Below are positions 51,685-64,000 of a stretch of DNA of 64,000 nucleotides, piece by piece. This DNA comes from Octopus sinensis (taxonomy: Eukaryota). Position 1 is the first letter of the stretch; the number at the start of each line of letters is the position of its first letter. The translations under genes and the position numbers were made by a program. The stretch spans positions 868,001-932,000 of the forward strand of contig NW_021832231.1 in NCBI RefSeq assembly GCF_006345805.1, given 5' to 3'. The notes under the pieces are model-generated. The model searched no databases and had not been told where the DNA came from. It saw only the letters and a program-made list of their open reading frames with translations.

Positions 51685-53616
51685 TAAGTTTCTTTTTATT
51701 AATAAAAATTAATTAATCATTAATTATGTTAATTTGATGTGAACTATTTAATATATTTCAAAAATGTACATTCATTTGCTTGATTGCCCATTTGACCAAA
51801 ATTTTAGTCTTTTTTTTTCCTTTGTATTTTATTGACTCTTCAGATTTTTTGATCTTGGGAAAAAATATCAAAGTTGGAAAATTGTCAATCTAAACTATTA
51901 ATATGATTTCAAACCTTAAATGCTCTCATAATTTCTCTATTTGAATAATTAATTCGTGCGACTAGTACTTTTCCTGCCAACTCTAACGATACAGTTTCCC
52001 AGTATTGAGTGAACATCTTACAGTAAGGACACCAGTCTGCATAAAATTCGACAAACCAGTAATTTGTTCCATTTAATACTAATTTTGTAAAATTTGTGTT
52101 ATCCAGTTCAATGACTTTATTTTCAATTTTTCCATTAAGACTGCGTGAGGTTCTTAGTTCTATTTCATCAGAGAATTTAAATAACCTGAATTTTTACAAA
52201 GAAATCGAGATTCAAAGATTGGCTCAAGTTCGGATTTTCTAATAATATAATTGCATATAGGAAACTACTGGTCGACTAATTTGGTGTTCATTGATAATCC
52301 TAATTGAAAATTAGATAAAACAGTTGAAATTAATATCCAGGTCAGAAGCAGCATGTAAGATCGAAAATATAATTTAGTGTATAAATATTTTATTATGTAA
52401 AGTGGATTAATTAAATAATAAAAAATTTAGTTTTTTTATTTTATTAAAGAGTAAAAGTTCAAAAATTTTGCCCTTTCATAAATCTGTTTTTAACAATTTT
52501 TTACATACTAAAATTATTATCTTTTTCTTTTGCGGCTTCATACTCAACAAAACATCTGTTTTTATTGCTGAACTGAAAATAATTACTGTGAAAGACTATA
52601 GTGCTCTTAAAATGATGTAGGATGTCGATGAATATTTGCTGCTATTGGCCTCAAGAGGAACTCAGAAAAGTCTGCAACTAGCTCACACTATGCTAAAATA
52701 CAGATCTGATGTTATGAGGGTTTTTGACTCTTGCCCGATATGCAAGGCAAAATTTTAATGAATATAAGACCCGTGATACAGCGAATCAGGGAATTTTCAG
52801 TAAGAGAGAGACGTAAACATCTAAGAAGTGGTGGAAATTATACCATCCGGACACATCATACTAAAATCTGAAATAACTGGAGATATCTTCGAAGAAATAT
52901 ATCCATAATTCGTACATTATGAATTGACAATTTTATTTTTATAAATGCGTTTACGATTGGTTACTTTAAAAATAAAATTGAAAAGAGGTTTCTGCAGAAT
53001 TTTTATGATAATTTTAATTTAATTTTGTCAAACTGTGACATTATATTTTAAGTGTCTTCAATATTTTAATTATTTTTAACATTTTTTAAGTAGTTCAAAT
53101 TGATGGCATTTTTCACTTAAGCGTTGATCTGTTAAGGCTTCTGAATTGCTCTTGAGGAACTTCTGAATAGCACGAATTACGCCTTTTTAAAGATTTATGT
53201 ATCTCGTCGGGTACCGTGTTTGGTTTGTTATTTTTTACAAGTAGTTTTTTAAACTTGTAAAATGTTTATATAAATCAATTGATCTACTTTTATTTTAAAA
53301 TGCATTTTGATTAATTTTGAACATCTATTTAAAAATCTGAAAACAATTATCTTATTTTGGTTAGATAATTTTTATATTCTGATAAACGTTTATAACAGCA
53401 AAACGTTTAATCATTTGTTCAAACTTATTATAAATCATCTTTGTCAACATATTTGGAAAGAAGATGATTTCACGTTATTAAAAATCAACTAGATTAGGCC
53501 CAGATTTGGCCCATAATGTAAAATATTGATTTTGACTAAACTTTGTTTTTTAGCATCAAATATCGGAAAAATATTTCCGCAAATATTTAATATAAAAAAG
53601 CCGATAATAAGTTCAA

Positions 53617-55530
53617 ATGCTGCTTTATCTGTTCCTATTTTTTACTCTAACAACAAATGTCTGTCTTCCTCCATCTATGAACGCATCTGACGTCACAATT
53701 GTCCTTAATGACACACATTATGTCCTAGAATGTCCCATAAAAACATTTCCAGAAAAAAACTACACGTTTGATATTACTGTTTATAGTGAGATGGTCAAAA
53801 GACGGGGTCTCCATTGATTTTTACAAAAATGTCTCTTTTCATATAGACGGCAGAAACCTCATATTCAGCCACCACTACATTCAGACAGGCGTCTTTACTT
53901 GTTCTGTTGAAAACGAATGTGGTCGGGAAACATCTTTTGAAATGAATGTAACGTCGCACCAAAATATGAATATTGGTATACGTAAGAAAATTTATTATAG
54001 TTATAAAACAAAATTTTCCTTATGCGGTCCTTAGAGGCAATGACTGTAAGTGGATCAAAAGTCTGCCTTTTGAGTTTAAGGTCGGCAATGACATAACAAA
54101 AGGCGATCTAGAAGACATTATTTCATCGTCAATGAGTCACAGACTTATGCTTGTAGATAACGATTTGTACATTAAATATTTGATCAAAAAAGACTCAATA
54201 TATACGTACACGTGCATTAATAAAGCTGATCCAAATTACTACTTATCTTACAGTTTTAAAAATCCAATTAATGGTATTATTTTTTTATTAAAAAGAAACT
54301 TTTTTTGACTTAGTCCACGTTTTCCCGAGAGGACAGGAGATCGGAATTGAGTTTGGAAAGGTTGAAATAATTTACCCTTGTTTGTTTTTTGGAAGGTTTG
54401 GGTAGAGATAAGGATTTTAGGAATTATGATGCTATTGGAATTTTCGAAGGAGACACGTTTATCGGATATGACTTTATGTCGATTAATGCGACTGCAAAAA
54501 AACCTAAAAAGTCATATTGGTGTGCTCCTCTATTAAAAAGTAATCTTCTCAACCACAAATATAACTTTACTATTTCTATCTATGGTTATATTTGGTTAAA
54601 TATTTCTAGAATTACCAATCATTTCCGATTCCTTGATTTCAATGAATGTCACGAAAGGGGATAAAGTGATATTTAAATGTGTTCCAAAATCAGGCTACCC
54701 AATTCCTACCTTAACTTGGTATGTCGATTCGATGGAATACGGTAGTTGGAGTAATTAATTATGTTAGACTCAAATAAACACGATGATATGTACATTGTAA
54801 ATAGAACAACTTTTGAAATTTCCAAGGCCTCTCGATCGCTAAGTGTTAAGTGTCTTGCTCAAAATCAATTTGGACGAACTGCAAAAACAGTTTATCTCAA
54901 AATAATAAAAAACCCAACAATCTCCGTGCCCAACAATGGAGAAATATCTTTGTTTAACCGACAAAGAATTACGTGCCAAGGAACTGTCGACCCAATCAGA
55001 GAAATAAAAATACGCTGGTTATACGAAGGCAGACCTACGGAATCAAACAATTCTATTTATGTTATATTAAACGACGGAAACAAGAGCAGTTTCATAATAA
55101 CATTGCCGTCCCGCAAACTGAAAGAAATGAAGAATATGACGAAATCTCTCACATGCATCGTATCAGATGGATTCATCGAATTAAACCGCACAGTCATAAT
55201 TTCTTTACTAAATAGTGAGTATTTGGTGTCTATATGCGCAGTAAGAAATGACCAGGAGACGGGAATTTTCATATTTAACGTTGTGTGGATTCCTTTAGCA
55301 ATGGTTCTTTTGATCGGGCTTATTTTGTTGGGGATGTTCATTTGGCGTCAAAAGACTCGCTACAATTACACGGGTGAAATTCTGACATTCTATTTTTAGA
55401 TTATAATGAATACTTTCCGTATGAGCTGAGAAACTAATATTTCAGGTTAATTGAGGTTCACCAGCCAAAATTTTTTTCTTTTGAGGACTTTGAAGAGGAT
55501 TCAAATAGCTTACTTGAAAACCACTATTAA
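53617..55530 (+). CDS. Type I membrane immunoglobulin-superfamily protein
   Basis: Signal peptide; Ig motifs LECP..YTWSKDG..GVFTCSVEN, YTYTCIN, FKCVPKSG.P.PTL.W and VKCLAQN; TM VVWIPLAMVLLIGLILLGMFIW; short tail without a kinase. GT-AG micro-introns restore the frame. Confidence 0.85.
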
Positions 55531-55933
55531 AACTTTATTCTTAATTTTAATTTTGTAAGTAAATAAACAACATAAATTCTGTTAAAACAAAATTACGAAT
55601 CATTAAAATAGTCAGTAATTTTTCCTCCAATTTTCTATTTCCTCAACTTTTGGGTTAATTTTATTGTTTGTTTTTTTACAGCTTTCTATATCGAGAACAG
55701 CGTTGCAAAAATGTATAGATCATCTCCATTTCTAAAACAAAAGGACAACCGGTAATGTTTTCCTTGGTAGATCTCTGAAATATGGAGCGTCCAAGGAATT
55801 TTTGAATTATTTTTAATATTAATTTAATTTCTTTATTATTTAAATATTTAAACTAACTATTGTTTTTGATGTTGTTACTGCAATTTATGCGCAATATTTA
55901 AACTAATATTGTTCCTGAGAATTGCTATAACAT

Positions 55934-56131
55934 TTGCAATACTTTCCTCTCGTATTGCGACAATTTATATTTTTCCCAGAAAGTGGAGACATCAGAAATA
56001 CACGGGCCTTCTACTCTGAGCTTACCTGGCGAATTGGCTTACTTATGGAGAAAGTTACCGGCGATTCGTCTGATCACCTGTATTTAGCCGAACGAGTCTC
56101 TTTGGCTATACTGAGGGGTAATCACAAATAG
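55934..56131 (+). mobile_element. CRE-like retrotransposon 3' remnant
   Basis: ESGDI...IGLLMEKVTGD..YLAERVSLAILRGN*; same family as 61240-61470. Confidence 0.65.
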
Positions 56132-57315
56132 AAAATTATAAATCTAATAACTAAATGATACAATAAAATTATATTTGGCTTTATTTAATAAAGAATATTC
56201 AATTTTTAAACATTTTGTTTTGATCTGAAACTACTAATGATCGAGAAGACGTTTCCCTTCAGGATCGCAATGGAGCTTTTTTTGAACAGCAGAATAATTT
56301 ATATTTATAATAAATCAAATAAAACTGTGCTTCATTAATGTTAATTTTTTGACTGAAGAAGTAACTCTATGTTAAACTCCCAAATGATAACATTTTATTT
56401 CATCTGTTGAAATATCGTGGAGTTCTACATTTATTTTTAATTGATCAATAGAATTATTCCATTTTTATACAATCTTCCAAAACATAATATCGCATTCTGG
56501 GGATTTCTATCTGTCTGGATCAGGAGGGGTCGTGCCAATAATTTTTGTTCCGAATATTTCAATTATAATTTATTTTGCAGAATTAAACCGCGCTCCCTTA
56601 ATAAAACGATGGCAAACTATAGTCTTAGATACTAATCCTTAATACACGCGGAAGTGCAAATAATTAAAATAGCTTTTATTAATTTTGTAGTTTAGAATTA
56701 GTCAGCAAAGAAAGAAAGCAGGTATTTGAGATTATCCTGATCTAATTTATTGTTAACTTATTCAACTACTTTGACTTCAAAAAATAAGATTAAATCTTCA
56801 CAAAAGTTAGATTGTTTACGAGTCATATTCGTTTCATATACCACGTAGGATACATAGCGTATTTTTCTCTGTTCCGTGACCGCTAAAAGATTTTAGGTTG
56901 TTTTGAAAACATTGATTAGCGGCGTTCAAGAGATATGAATAGCTCATCAAAAAGGTAATTTAGTTCTGTTGAAAATCGTTTTTGGCGAAATCTAGTTTCA
57001 ATAATCGCAAATATAATAGAATCTAGTTACGAATATGTGAGAATATACTGACAATATTATTCGGAAGAGGCATGCCCAATAAATTTTATGATGTCGAAAC
57101 GCATCACAGGCTGTTCAAAAAAAGTTGATATTTCAATTCGAAATACACTTTTTTATTACACAAAATCTAGAATACCAAAAAAGAAAATAAATAGTTGTGC
57201 ATTTAGTAGCGGTTTGCGTAGAAAACCAGCAAAATTATTATATAATTCCAGACATGAATAAAATAACTAAAAAGAATAAATCCATTTAAGAAAACAAATT
57301 AACGGTAAATTAAGT

Positions 57316-58346
57316 TTATTTATCGGCATGTAATAACTTATTACACCGGTAGTTCTCATAGTGTACAGAATCGGTAGACTCAATCATATCGTGCATTTGA
57401 GTTCTAAAACATTAAGAAAATATTCCAACATTATGAAATTCTTTAACAATAGAAACTCACAATGATTAGGATTTTCAATGTCAACAATTCCCCAAGGATA
57501 AGCTCGTGCTCTGCGCTTAATAGATTTGATATCGACCATCTCGTTCGACCCCACGACAGCAAAAGGAACTGATTCCTATAAACACTTAAAATACAACAAA
57601 ACTCGCATGTTTCTTGAAATATCGAAAAGAGCGTCGTCTACCAAGTCCTCCAGACTAATGTCGAACACCTTGATTTCATTTTCTTCAAACTGCTTCCTTA
57701 AATTGGCCTTGAGCACAACAAGTTCTTCGGGCGTGAGCATGTCGGATTTTCCAATAACTGGGAAAAGATTAACCATCGAACAAGCTTCTTTCATAAAATC
57801 AATATCCAACGAAGTCAGCCAACAAATAAAGGCCCAAACGCAAACCCAGAGGACGATGGGTCGAGCACATATATACAACAGTGCACTCGGTTGTCCTCCA
57901 TAGTTCTCCTATTAAGTCCCTGCTCGTCCGTCATGTATTTGGCGAAACCTTCTTGGATGTATTTTATGACGGGTAGGTGACTAGATTGTGTTAGGCAAAA
58001 CAAACTCTCCCGCCGTCCTCTGACCGTACCCCAATGGATTTATTATGTTGAGGCGCAGATTAACCCCCTCGCTAGTCATTTTGCATCGCTCGATGTTCAT
58101 TTTTATATTGCCGCCTTCTTGAGTTTATAAATAATAGGTTAACCATCGTATTGTTTTGATTTCAAATCTGTGTTGAAAATGCTGTTTATTAGAGTTGTTT
58201 TCCCAACTCCCGGAGGTCCTGATTAGTGAGCAAATGCACATACCCATGACCAGCATATTAAATTCTATTCCCTTCTTTTTTAATTTCCGCTGAACTTGTA
58301 ATGGCATGTTTGCAAAGTCAAACTTTTTGATATTTACCGCATCCAT
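57316..58346 (-). CDS. Septin (divergent, no long coiled-coil tail)
   Basis: GIEFNMLVMG, GPPGVGKTTLINSIF, DNRVHCCIY, LDIDFMK..VNLFPVIGKSD, PFAVVGS, RAYPWG, ENPNHCEF and VHYENYR. Six introns, one of which reads GT..TG. Confidence 0.93.
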
Positions 58347-58622
58347 TTGCCACAAAAAACAAAAATGTTATCTAATATATTTTAAAATTCATATTTAATA
58401 TTCACTAATATGTAATATAAATTTTAAAAAATCTTTATATATTTCTAAAATCCTGAAAAAAGCTATATAAAATTTCTTTTATTTGTCGTTTATATATTTA
58501 ACCTTTTCGCATTACCTTAGTTACTAATTTTCCTGGATAGAGGAAATTTCGCTTATTTAATCACTACTACTAAAATCGACTTTATTTTTATTTAATGTTA
58601 TTATACCCAATTCTTTCCGAAA

Positions 58623-60180
58623 ATGTCAGAATTAGCTACCATGACTACAATTAGCGAATATTCTACACATGTTGAACTATTTTAGTCATTTCTAGATCCA
58701 TGAGTTTTAGTTCTAGCTATGACAGTTTTTCGAACTTTAGTTCTGTATATTTCTACAACGAATTTGACTATTCAAATTCAAGCAAAACGACATCAAGTTT
58801 GGCCAATGAAACTGTAAAAAATATTCCCAGACTTTTACAGGAATTGAAAAACTCGATGACCGAATCAGCAAAAAATGTTTTCAATCTGATGGACTCCATT
58901 CTGTTTGATCAAGTCAAGGATACTCAATTCAAATCTCTCGAAGAAGAATGTTCCAAATGGAAAGAACATTTCCCCCATTTAAGGCATAGTTAGTTTTATT
59001 AATCTGCAGAATCACCGGAAGTAGGTGTAGTTTGTTCGAAAACACATCTATTTCGTAAGACGAATGTATTACATATTGCTATTAGAAACCAAGAAAATAA
59101 AAAAGAAGAATTAATTGCAATAGACGGAAATATACCGAGTGAAGATTGTACGTCCTGGAGGAATGAGTTGTATGAGTATATTCGGTGCGACTCACTCTGT
59201 TTTGCACAATTGGAAAATGCAATAACGGCAGGACTATCTCAAATTCTGTCTTTAAAGGTATGCCTAAATCTCAGCTCTATAGATACTTGAGTTGATGAGA
59301 CCATTTTTAACGAAAATTGGAGAAAAAATCATTGGAGAGCGCCACAATATGCGCATCGCCTCACAAAACACGCTAATCCCAAAAAACTACAGAATTTCCA
59401 ATATAGTATCTTATATACTTTAATAATCACTTCAATAGCCTTCTAATAGTAAAATTGGCGACGAGCAGCTTGGAGATTTGCAAAAATGCTTAAAAGTCAC
59501 TACCATTGCCCTCCAGACGTTATCCAAGGATTCATTATCTTACTCTCCATTACTGTTAAATTATGAGTTGTGTTATTCTGTTTTTAGAAAGCCGGCTGTC
59601 CAATCTGCAAAGTGTCACACGGTAAACTCAACTAAAAGAAATAAAGAGGAAATAATATCTTTAAAGGTTTTTGTTGAGATTGAAATGTATTAGTGTGGAA
59701 TTGTTGGCAAAAAGATAGAAACAGTTTTGAATGACAACTTGATAAATAGCTACAGAACTAAAGTCCCCGAATTAGAAAACTCGTATTCAAACGAAGAATT
59801 TATTTCAAAAGAGGCCCCGAGTTTAGTGGAGTCTGCTGAGGGAAATAAATACGATTCAAATACACAGGTGTTGTTAACTCTCAAAGTTAGAATTTAAAGT
59901 TATTTTAAAGAAAAAAAATTTGCATTTTAAGAGAATAGCAAGTGCTTTTGATTTTAAAAATACTGAAAAAAAAGAACCGGTTAAAACAAAAAAAACCAAG
60001 ATTAGGCCTCAAACAACATTCCCTGTTTTGGTTTTAATTTGACATTTAAAAATCAGAAATTCAAAAATAAAATTGATAATCCAGGGGTAGACTCAATTCT
60101 GAGCATTATCGCAAGAGGTTTATTTCTATCACAGATGTGACTTGTATGTAGATAAGAATTCTCGATAGAGAAGTGGAATT
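58623..60180 (+). CDS. FAM149B1: FAM149-family (DUF3719) protein
   Basis: ESAKNVFNLMDSILFD, SLEEECSKWKEHFPHLRITG and EELIAIDG match the family core; the 3' end is approximate. Confidence 0.65.
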
Positions 60181-60378
60181 AAATGAAATAATAATAAATT
60201 AACCAAAAATGTGAAACTCTTCTTTATATCTGTTTTAATTTATTGATATAGTTACGAAATGCAGAAATCTTTCCATTTAAGATTTTTAAAAGATTGAATT
60301 TTAGCATTGATAAACATCACACTTTTAAATTTTAAAAACAAGATAATTTATTAACGAATGAAAGAAAATATAAGTTAA

Positions 60379-60570
60379 TTAAGGTTGCTTAAGAGCAGAA
60401 AGGATAGCGTGGCTATTACCCCTGACAACGGTTGTTGAAAGGCGTTGAAACAGCCATTCGGTCTCCCTTCTATCTTTCGTCTGAACCGAGATCAGGGATC
60501 CAAGTTTCCTAATGAAAGAGATTGATTCCGGACCGAAGACTCCAGATGACTCCACAATAATCGGTTGAAT
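60379..60570 (-). mobile_element. CRE-like retrotransposon 3' remnant
   Basis: FQPIIVESSGVFGP..FIRKLG..DRRETEWLFQRLSTTVVRGNSHAI*. Confidence 0.75.
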
Positions 60571-60698
60571 TTTAAAAATATATAAAATTTATTTTCCCGA
60601 TAAACTACAAATAAAATTATTTTGTCCCTTCTTTTTGGACAAAATAATCGGTAATAATATTCAACCCAAATTAAAGCTTTTCTGGTTAGCCATTAGAC

Positions 60699-60887
60699 CA
60701 GTGGTTCTCAAAAATTTTTGCCTCGTGTACCCCTTATCGATTCTTGAAAAAATTAAAGAAAAAATTATTCGGCAAATGGTTTTGTTTATTAGTAACTAAT
60801 TTTTCTACTTTCGAATCTGTAGATAAAAGAAAAGCCTTACTATTATCCTTAACATTTAGTATCGCATGAGGGACTGAGAATCGACTG
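60699..60887. mobile_element. Possible hAT MITE
   Basis: Left end CAGTGGTTCTCAA and an imperfect inverted TGAGAATCGACTG; flanking 8-mers do not match. Confidence 0.3.
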
Positions 60888-61239
60888 AGAGCGGACGCAT
60901 TAATTAAAAACGATGTATTGATATACCCATTCTAAAAAACTGTTTTTAATAATATATGAACTAAAAAATAAAATCTCGTATTTGTTTAGACATGGAATAT
61001 TCTGAAACAAAACCTCCATTGCTATGGTCTGGGATCACTTAATTAACTAGGACTTTTTTCTTTTTTCCTTATAACCCGGTAATCCTGGGGTAACAATAAA
61101 TAAATAAGATGGAATATCGATTGTAATATTTAACGAATTTTCTTAACTGTAAATCATTAAAAAAACTATTAGCGTGGAGATGTCTTTTTTTAATTAATGG
61201 AATTAAATTCAAAATGAAGGGAATATTTGATTCGTTTGG

Positions 61240-62010
61240 TTATTGGGGATTACCTGTGACTATAGCCAAGGGGACTTGGTCAGTCAGATACCAGTGCTTG
61301 GATGAGTCACCGGTAACCCTTTCCATAAGTATCCCGATGTGCCGGAGCAGGCTACGAGTGTAAAGCTTATGTATTCCAGACGTCCCAGGCCGGACATCAG
61401 CATATTTCTTGCGCTTCTTTTCTTCGGCCCGTTCGGATGGGGGTTTCGAGCTTTCAAGTGATGTACTCATTTTCTAGACAGAAACGGAGTTTACGCACGT
61501 GAAATTTCAAACCAGAAACTTTTCTTTTTGAAAAGAAGACTTGTTCTCCCATTGGGCTTTCCTCTCCAAACATCTCTGTAAATTCCAGTTGAGCAACGGA
61601 TGATCTGCCTTAGTTAACTATTCCGCCAGAAGCGTCCAATTCCGTGACGACATAAGAAAAAGTGATAGTTGTGCTTGTCGGTCTGTACGCTGCATCCGCA
61701 TTGGTATTTCGGGTAAACCGAGGCGTAGACAGATGACCATTCTTGCACATTCGTCGTCCAGGAGGTAATCAGTTGTCTCAAAAGAGTAAGAGTGCAGCCA
61801 AGCATTGCTTAGAAGCCGGCTAGTCATTTTAAAGCTTGTCAGTTGGCCTTGTCCATGCGTTTTACAGCTCTCCGTATGCTTTGGCGTAGGATTATGATTG
61901 GCAGGTTGCATCCGATAAAATAAGCAGTCCCAGTTTTCTCCAAGCGGCAAGGCAACAATCCATATCAAATGATATCCTCTGTTTATTGTACTGTGAAACA
62001 AAAGTGTCAA
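61240..62010 (-). mobile_element. CRE-like retrotransposon remnant
   Basis: SNAWL...LLDDECARMVICLRLGLP and MERVTGD..LTDQVPLAIVTGN; degraded. Confidence 0.75.
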
Positions 62011-62467
62011 TCATTCCTCGGGACAAGTCCACTGAGAAGCACACCGCGTGTGGTGAGTCAGTTGGGGTAGTCAGACGATGCCTCCATGGAAGACTGTAGG
62101 GTGGTTTATTTCCATCCCACTAGGGGATCACTCAAAGTTGATTTAAAATGAACTTAATTAATTGACTTCTGAGAGCTGGAAATCGGAAATGAATTGAAAG
62201 AAACTTTTAGGACATTTGGCAGTAATTTGAGTTGAAATTTTAAGCAAATCAAAGTCTGATGACAAACCACTTTCAAGTGTAGAAATTTCTGGAAACAAAT
62301 TGAAACACTTTTTGCAGTTCGAAGGAGCACATAAACGTCTTTATTGCGACATTGTTTGAGATGAGTTGATCTAGAGCAGGGTCTATATATTTATGTTAAT
62401 AAATAATTTATATTATTCAAATTTAATAAAATATATTTTAAACTGAATCCTTGTTTGTACGTTCCCA

Positions 62468-64000
62468 ATGCCGCGAACCAAACAAATTAATCCAGTCAAA
62501 AAGTCATCTGAGGAAGATTATTATAATTTGAACTCTCCATTAATTCTACATCAGTCAAATGATATAAAAATATTGCCGTTAGCTAAAGAATCTCAAATAA
62601 AAAAGCCTATTAAAAAATTGGATTTTGACGAATTTCAAACTAAAAAGTCACATCTTCACTGGGAGATATTAAAAAGCAGACTTTTAAGAGTTTACGATGT
62701 CCACAAAACAAGTAAGACTAGTTGACTTAAATGTAGCACAAGGAAACGGACTTGCTCTCACTAAACCACTAATTAAAATATTTAGGAATGTTGTATATCA
62801 TAAAAAATACTTGGTTGGTTAGATAGTGCTACTAAATTAGTCAAACAACCAATTTGAGGACATTGATAGCAAAATTTATCTTGCAATCCAACAAAAAATG
62901 TTCCTAATTTTAATCAAATTTAAAAGCTTGTATCTTCGAAACCAGAAATTGAGGAAAAGAGTCTGTTGCAGTAATAATGTGAAACAAAAGAGGAAATTCC
63001 TTCGACAAAGGGAACCTTCGATCATCTCGAACATCTTTAAATTCCTCTGCAAAAACGAGTTGTCAAGACCAGCCTGTGCTTTTGGTGGGTCTGAATATAT
63101 TAAAAAGGGTTAATATGATGTATTCAAATGGCAGCGATGGGGAAGTTAAAGGAGGAGATTTACTGCGGATTAACGAGTTAACTAATAATTGTCAACTTAG
63201 GCTTCAAAAATATAAAAATAGTAAGTGAAAATGAATACACTGATCTTTGCACCGACGTCCAAGATATACGTCTGGATGCAGACACCTTCGACGCTATTAA
63301 TGTTTGGTCTTTCTATTCTGATTAAGTTGACTGTTGGATGTTTTTGATATAAAAATTGATTTTTATTTTAACAATTCGGATATTACTGATGTAATATTCG
63401 GAAAAAGGACGAAATATTAGATACTCTTGTTTTATAAACGGCCCCAAAATGTTTTAATCAATTTATGACAAAGGCTTCACTGAAACGGATATGAAGCTGA
63501 ATTAATTCAGAAACTCTTTTTACTTTTCTTTTTTATACTCGACTTTTAGAGGGATCAGATTATTCGATAACTGGCATATGATTTGAATGTTCTTTCTTGG
63601 ACTGCTGTGTGAAAAGTGCTCAAATATCCATTTATAAGTGTTTTTGATTGGTTATTAATGCGGTAGTCTCCTACGAGTTTGTGTTTCATTACGCATGAGA
63701 TCCCAGATATTTATGAAAGAAATTAATTACAATTTTTTTGATTTCTGCTTCATGTATAATTTCTTAATTATAAATAGAGATCTTTTCATTTGCAAACTGT
63801 CTTAAATAAATGTTGCATTTCTTTTACTTATATTAGGTAAAGATGCTTCTCTATACGCGTGTACAAACAGTTCTTTCTTTCTTCCAATTATCTTGATGTT
63901 TAGCGTGAATCTTCATGCAGAAGTTCAGGCAGTTTTTTTAATTTATTGAGTTTACTAAATTTACAAATAAGTTCAGGCCGTTTTTTAAATTTATTGAGTT
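62468..64000 (+). CDS. Uncharacterised multi-exon gene, probably running off the window
   Basis: ATG at 62468 after an AT-rich spacer; open segments separated by roughly 25-nt GT-AG tracts. No homolog recognised. Confidence 0.45.
63921..64000 (+). repeat. 48-bp tandem repeat at the window edge
   Basis: AAGTTCAGGC(A/C)GTTTTTT(T/A)AATTTATTGAGTT starts at 63921 and again at 63969. Confidence 0.6.

Noticed and set aside
53750-53790. Apparent frameshift in the IgSF gene at an A7 run
   Set aside because: Resolved by a canonical 25-nt intron (53766-53790) giving NYTWSKDG.
56490-56560. Sm-site-like AATTTTTG after a G-rich stretch (snRNA or SL RNA candidate)
   Set aside because: No similarity to U1-U6 or a convincing stem-loop set; the motif is common in AT-rich DNA.
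60380-60570. GC-richer island that looked like a structured ncRNA
   Set aside because: The minus strand translates to a CRE-like RLE C-terminus.
1-64000. CRISPR arrays, rRNA, tRNA, stop-codon reassignment, programmed-elimination signals
   Set aside because: None seen. In-frame stops in host genes are explained by micro-introns, and conserved genes end at standard stops.

Overview
This is AT-rich, gene-dense animal nuclear DNA. Almost every gene is split by very small spliceosomal introns (mostly 21-30 nt), which is why the six-frame ORF track shows only fragments. Animal-type genes (Hox, VAChT, an Ig-superfamily receptor) together with introns this small point to a dicyemid mesozoan; that assignment is inference, not a database match. 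By hand-splicing I reconstructed about 16 recognisable genes: RMND5, RSL1D1, N6AMT1, VAChT/SLC18A3, UFSP2, a NIM1/MARK-like kinase, WBP4, MED20, an atypical Arf-like GTPase, ORAI, PPP1R10/PNUTS, SSBP/Ssdp, CAPZA, NUP210, a solitary Hox4-like gene, a septin and a FAM149-like gene. There are also an orphan IgSF membrane protein, a degenerate SETDB1-like fragment and a few unidentified ORFs. Gene clusters alternate with transposon debris: pogo/Tigger, Merlin, hAT, Tc1, RTE-, CRE- and R2/NeSL-like elements, with a nested TE island at about 11.6-21.8 kb. No rRNA, tRNA or CRISPR array was seen. I did not find one clear-cut new system. The best leads are non-canonical micro-introns (GC-AG, one GT-TG), DNA transposons carrying host-sized micro-introns, VAChT detached from ChAT, an isolated Hox gene, retroelements resembling microsporidian ones, a templated capture of promoter DNA by a hAT element, and an atypical Arf-like GTPase with an acidic repeat tail. 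All gene names rest on remembered motif similarity and need BLAST/RNA-seq confirmation.
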